64,000 nucleotides of DNA from Octopus sinensis (lineage: Eukaryota): assembly GCF_006345805.1 (NCBI RefSeq), contig NC_043000.1:32364001-32428000 (forward strand). The letters are read 5' to 3'. Shown piece by piece: positions 58,651 to 64,000 of the stretch (positions are counted from its first letter, which is position 1; the number at the start of each line of letters is the position of its first letter). The position numbers were made by a program, and so were the translations under genes. A model generated the notes under the pieces. It worked only from the letters and a program-made list of their open reading frames with translations. It was not told the origin of the DNA and searched no databases.

Positions 58651-61017
58651 TGTTGCTATCATCATCATCATCATCATCATTATTATACAAAAACCCCTTA
58701 TGGCCAATAAACGAATTAATTATTATTATTATATAATAAATGGTCACACAGTGCTGTGACCTTTCATTGCATTTATATGCATATCTTTCATTTTTTTGTC
58801 TTTGAACATATGCTCTGATTAACTATTAATTAACACACAATAGTAATAAGCAAATTCTCAGTAATAAAAATTGGATTTCTCTTGTATATGTGAAGAATCA
58901 AGGTGTAGGAATAAAGCAGGTTTAACAGTGAAAGGATGTGAAATTATAGCAGAACATCTTTTTTCCAGGTAAGTTTCATATTGTTACCTGCTTCTGAAAA
59001 CTGATTTTTCTAATTACATTCTAGTATACCATTTCCTGACAGACATGAGATACAGTATACAGCTTCAGTGGTCCTTTATATACTGCACAGTTGCCTTCAA
59101 GTAATCAATTGTGATTGAACAGTCCTCCTCCACAAGTTAAGTTTACAGCAAGTGCAAAATAAACTCAGTATTAGGAGTCCATAAACCACCACCATCACTA
59201 TCATCATCATCGTAGTAATAATAAGATTTAACTCTAATGAGAAGCAACGTCAAGTCTTCACCTACACATAAGATGGTAGTCATGACAATCAGTTGTACCT
59301 CTAGGAAATGTTAGGGTGAATTTTTGTAAGCAAATTACAAAGTTCAGTCATATGAAAATAATACAAATGCTACAATGCCAAAAGGACCAATTCTTCCTGT
59401 CCTAACTGTTGCTAGTGTATTAATAGTTGACTGAATCCTTCGCTCAGTTGAACTGCCTTGCTTGGTCTTTGGATGTTTTTTGGCAGTCCACACTTTTGCA
59501 AGCTTTCAAACTAAGTCTCTAAGAATAACCCTCACCTTTCTTCCCCACTTCCCCACCACCACAGCCCTTCTTTCACTCACTTCTTCATTTAAAGTCCATT
59601 TTTCATGCTGGCATTGGTTGGACGGTATTCTGGGGAGTTATGTCAGGTTCCAGTCTGATTTGGTAAGGTTCCTATGGCTGGATGCCCTTCCTAATGCTAA
59701 TCATTCCAAGAGTGTAGTGGGTGCAGTTTTATGTGCCAATGGCTAGGGTGTCAGTTACACAGCACCAGCATTGGCCATGACTAGGCTATAAAAAAGAAAA
59801 TGCAAAACCAGATAATTACCGGTGACAGAAGCAGTATCAATACCAAAAGGTAATATTGATCCCTACTTAAAAGTGGATTTTGTGTTAGAATACAGGATAG
59901 TGTGATAGTTACCATGAGAGAACCTCTTATATTGGCATATAAGCACTCTTATTAATACAGCTAGCAGGAGATAATCAACCATCATCACCACCACCACTAG
60001 CACTACAGCATGATATGATTTCAGCCTTCCTTGGCCTTGCCAATGATTGATGCCCAACAGCTGGAAGAACAGATGTTTTTGTTGTTCTTAAACTAATTAG
60101 TCAGACACAAATCTGAAAATTGTAATCCTCCTGTCTTTATTAATTACTATCACAGCAACATACCGACATGATGGCGACTTGCCAATATTTAATTTACCTA
60201 CATATGCTCAGTCACTAAATCTGTTGCAATCCAAACATTGCTCTATATTCATTCAACTGGCAAGTCCACTCATCTCAATGCAGCAGCCAAGTCTGCAAAA
60301 TGGAGAGATGTATTTTCAAGATGTTACCTAAATAATGCACCACTTACATGTTAAATGGTTTCTAACAACAACAACAACAACAACTGCAACATACTTTTCA
60401 CAACCAACAGACCTTCCACTATATATTTCAGATATTAGCCAGCATACAACTTCCTCTAGCTAGAAATCAGGTGAAATAGGTAACGTGATGTCAATAAATG
60501 AAAACAGAGAAAAGATATTGTATTACTTTACACAAATTGATTGTTTAATGATCCTATATTTCAGGAAAGATTCCTCAGAGTTCAGAAAACTTTGCTTACT
60601 GACAGGCCATTCTAATGTGGCCTGGTGGTAACAACACATTTCTCCAAACTTATTTTCTTATATTTGAAAAGGGATTTCTTTCCCAAAATATTTTAAGAAC
60701 ATCAAAGACCCTTTGTAATGTAAAACAATATTTTTTTCTCTTTGTTGTCATTTATTGTTATCACCTTTCATAATTTCCAAACATTTATATCATTTATACA
60801 GACTGCAACACTTCAAGAAAATTAAAATACTCTTTGTTTAGATTAGTTTCATAAGCTGTTACCACTTTATACCATTCGATGTAGCAACACAACCATTTGG
60901 CAATGAGATAATGGTTAACTCTTCAGACAGAAGCAGCTCTCTCTCTCTCCCCATCTCTCTTGGAGACAATGTTGCTATGGGAACAGGAACAGCATGGTAT
61001 AGGAGTAGGAATATATA

Positions 61018-61233
61018 AAGGCGGTGAGCTGGCAGAAACGTTAAGCATGTCGGGCAAAATGCTTAGCGGTATTTCATCTGCTGCTACGTTCTGAGTTCAA
61101 ATTCTGCCGAGGTCAACTTTGCCTTTCATCCTTTCAGGGTCGATTAAATAAGTACCAGTTACACACTGGGGTCGACTTAATTCATTTGTCTGTCCTTGTT
61201 TGTCCTCTCTGTGTTTAGCTCCTTGTGGATAGT
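61018..61233 (+). mobile_element. SINE family C, well preserved
   Basis: GGCGGTGAGCTGGCAGAAACGTTA...GAGTTCAAATTC...GCCTTTCATCCTTTCAGGGTCGATTAAATAAGTACCAG. Confidence 0.85.
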
Positions 61234-61639
61234 AAAGAAATAGGTATAGGAGTAGGAATGGTCATTTGGTCAAGAAGTTCACTCTGTAGCTTTGGTTTCA
61301 ACCCCCTTTAGGCAAGTGTTTTCTATCTTAGTGTTTTAAGAGTGAAATTTGGTAGATGGAAACTATGTGGAAGCGTGTCCATGAGACTGTTTTTGCCTTC
61401 GGTAGCAGACTTAATCCACTGCCAAGTTTAATACTAGCATTTGGCCTTTAAATACCTGTAGCAAAATAAGCTCTGTTGAAAACATTTGAGCCAGAATAAC
61501 CTTCTTTATATCCTGGTATTAGAAGCTCCAAAGAAGAACATTGGTCTGCATTTTCTTCTCTAAGCCATAAAAAAGAGAAGAATGTCAAAATAACTAATTA
61601 TCCATTGTTTGATAAAGGGACAGTCCTAGGAGCAGTGTA

Positions 61640-62045
61640 TCATTAATATCCACTCAAGCTTACAGCTTCATTCTTATTGCCAGTGGCATATAAAAAGCAC
61701 AATTCAAGCATGATCATTGCCAGCGTCACCTTACTGGCACATGAAAAATAACATTCGAGCATGGTTGTTGCCAGTGCTGCCGGACTGGCTCCTGTGAAGG
61801 TAGCATGGAAAAAACACCTTTTGATTGTGACCGTTGCCGGTACTGCCTGACTGGCCCTCGTACCGGTGGCACGTAAAAGCACCCACTACAATCTCGGAGT
61901 GGTTGGCATTAGGAAGGGCATCCAGTTGTAGAAACTTTGTCAGATCAGATTGGAACCTGGTGCAGCCTTCAGGCTCGCCAATCCCCAGTCAAACTGTCCA
62001 ACCCATGCCAGCATGGAAAGTGGACATTAAACAATGACAATGATA
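61640..62045 (+). mobile_element. RTE 3' UTR fragment
   Basis: GTGGCAC repeat units and standard terminus. Confidence 0.85.
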
Positions 62046-63215
62046 TTATACAACCAAAGAAGCTGTTTATGTTATTAATCATAATGTTGTCAATATAACT
62101 GATCTCTGCTCATGTAAATAAAATCGTTAACTTGAAGGCAAGGCTAATACCTCAGATTTCAGAAAGCAAAATCTCAGAAAAATAGCAAAGGATAGGCTTC
62201 TGCGTGTTACTAGACTGTGCAAAACTGCAAATATTTCACCAAAATGAGGATATTATCCTTGTGTAGTTGGGCTTTTTTGTAAAATCAACCATTTCCAGTG
62301 TTTTTCTCAAAATGACATTTCTGACTATGAGTAGCAATCTTTAGGTCACAATATCTCCAAGAATAATTGATGTAACAGGCTGAAATTTTGCAGGTGTGTA
62401 TTACTTTGATACTTGCCTAGATGTTGTTCTAGTGTAATTAGATATACTTCATTTGTTCATCTTCCAGATACACTTGGATGCTACTACCCAGGAGTCAAAA
62501 ACGATTGAACTCCTGCACATGGCTATGAGCAACCCCACAATGAAAACTAGGCCAACTTCATCAATATCTTTGATTCAGCATCTAGTCTCTACCCCAATCT
62601 GTGGGCATTCCAAGTTAGAGCATATTATTTTTTATGTATGTTTGCCTTGTCGGTCATTTTGAATTTATAATTAGGTCATGAATAGATAATGTGGAAATTT
62701 GAATATTATGGTTTTTGATAGAACTAACATTGTTCTTAGTGTGTGCCATATTTGGTTTTATTCCTGCTGAGTGAGAGCATTTTCAATTTAAGAGTGTTTT
62801 CCTATGTCTGAAGTGTTAGTCTTGTATTTACGTTGGATCTAAATATCAATTTAATTTCTTTACTTATTTCGTTCTTTAAACAACCAACAATCATTTTCAG
62901 TTTAATAGAACAAGGGAGGCACCGAGTTCAGCAACTTATTTAGTACTGGTGCCCTAATAAAATATGAGAAAACTGATGTGGGGTTTTTGTGAGGCAGGGT
63001 GAGGTGTGTGAATTGAATACTACTTCCTAGCTTATCAAATGAAGCTCCAGCAGGAAAGCATCACGCTCATCTGATGCACCAATAGCGACTCCTCTGATAG
63101 TTGCATAATGGTGCCACTGTTCAGTAATCTCTGCTAGACTCTAGTGGTCTGACCCTGCAGATAAAGACCTCAAGAGACTGCTCGATCACCTTATTCTGGT
63201 CACACAGTAATGCAA

Positions 63216-63351
63216 TGTATAACCAGTAAATCCTGGTTCAAAGAAACTAATTTTTAGTCATAGTTCTGTATGCTATTCCGAATGGCCATTCTCTCTCTTC
63301 CTCTTCCTGTCAAATGTGCATGCTTTTTATATCAACGTTATTTGCATAACA
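63216..63351 (-). mobile_element. Candidate 3' LTR (136 bp) of a Gypsy element
   Basis: On the minus strand begins TGTTAT immediately after purine tract AGGAGGGAGTGAA, contains TATAAAAA and ends ...TATACA (TG...CA). The second LTR is outside the window. Confidence 0.5.
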
Positions 63352-64000
63352 TTCACTCCCTCCTAGAAAAAAAAGTTCATAGATCAAGGCTTTCCGAATC
63401 CTTTGAGATCGACGCAGCTGAGGGGATTCTTCTTTTTGTTCTTGACGGTTGTCTCTAGGAGGAGGAGAAATTCAGTTGGCTCTCTGTCTGGCTCTTGAGG
63501 GACAAATGTTTGGGTTAGGTTATCAGTTGGGTTAATCTTCCCTGGCGATGCCAATTATTTTGTGGATACTGTGGTTTCACGACCGTCTGGGTAACAGACG
63601 TGAGTGTATTGGGGGTTGGCTTCGATTAAATCAACTTGGTTCATGATAGGGTCATGTTAGTGCAATTGCTCCTTTGAACAAGCACAGGTTCTGGGTTAAG
63701 AAGCCATGTTGGCATAGATGTTCCTGTTGCTGAACGTCTTTGATAGTTAAAAAGACGTTCATGAGGAGTGGTGTTAGTGGACGTACAAAGTAGAGATCTG
63801 ATTGAATGCAACGCGTCTGGAAGAACTGTTTCCTATGAAGATACTGGAAGGACACGGATTTTCAAAGAGAGTAGTACTGACTTCCAAATAATACCATTAT
63901 ATCTTTCTACTTGACTGTTCCCAGTGGGATTGTATGGTGTCGTCCTACTCATTGCAATGCCCCCATTGAGGAGCCATTCTCTCAATCTTGTAGACATAAA
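63352..64000 (-). pseudogene. Ty3/Gypsy LTR retrotransposon integrase C-terminal half (disrupted), runs off the window end
   Basis: Manual translation: FMS..LREWL..GGIAMSRTTPYNPTGNSQVERYNGIIWK...*ETVLPDALHSIRSLLCTSTNTTPHERLFNYQRRS, then after a frameshift EANPQYTHVCYPDGRETTVST*, and LRRSQRIRK before the PPT. Not in the ORF track. Confidence 0.9.

Overview
Eukaryotic genomic DNA, very likely an octopod cephalopod (inferred from the AT-rich, microsatellite-dense background and the SINE/RTE repeat content; not verified by search). It holds one complete protein-coding gene on the + strand: an 11-coding-exon BTB-BACK-Kelch gene (CDS 2667-29652, 1737 nt, 578 aa, all GT-AG introns with consistent phases), co-orthologous to vertebrate KLHL2/KLHL3 and Drosophila kelch. 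The rest is mostly retroelement debris: at least five long RTE-clade LINE copies plus dozens of RTE 3' tails, R4/Dong-type REL-endonuclease LINE remnants, one 5'-truncated CR1-type LINE, a Gypsy integrase remnant with a candidate short LTR, several tRNA-derived SINE families and simple repeats. No second gene could be supported. The most interesting observations are: three minimal hammerhead-ribozyme-like motifs in short repeats; a 140-bp inverted copy of nearby DNA fused to the CR1 5' end; an (AB)4 higher-order minisatellite in an RTE 3' UTR; inverted RTE pairs bracketing in-frame exon blocks of the kelch gene; and apparent microsatellite-specific insertion ((TA)n for RTE, (TTA)n for Dong-type elements). 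Repeat boundaries are approximate (read by eye).
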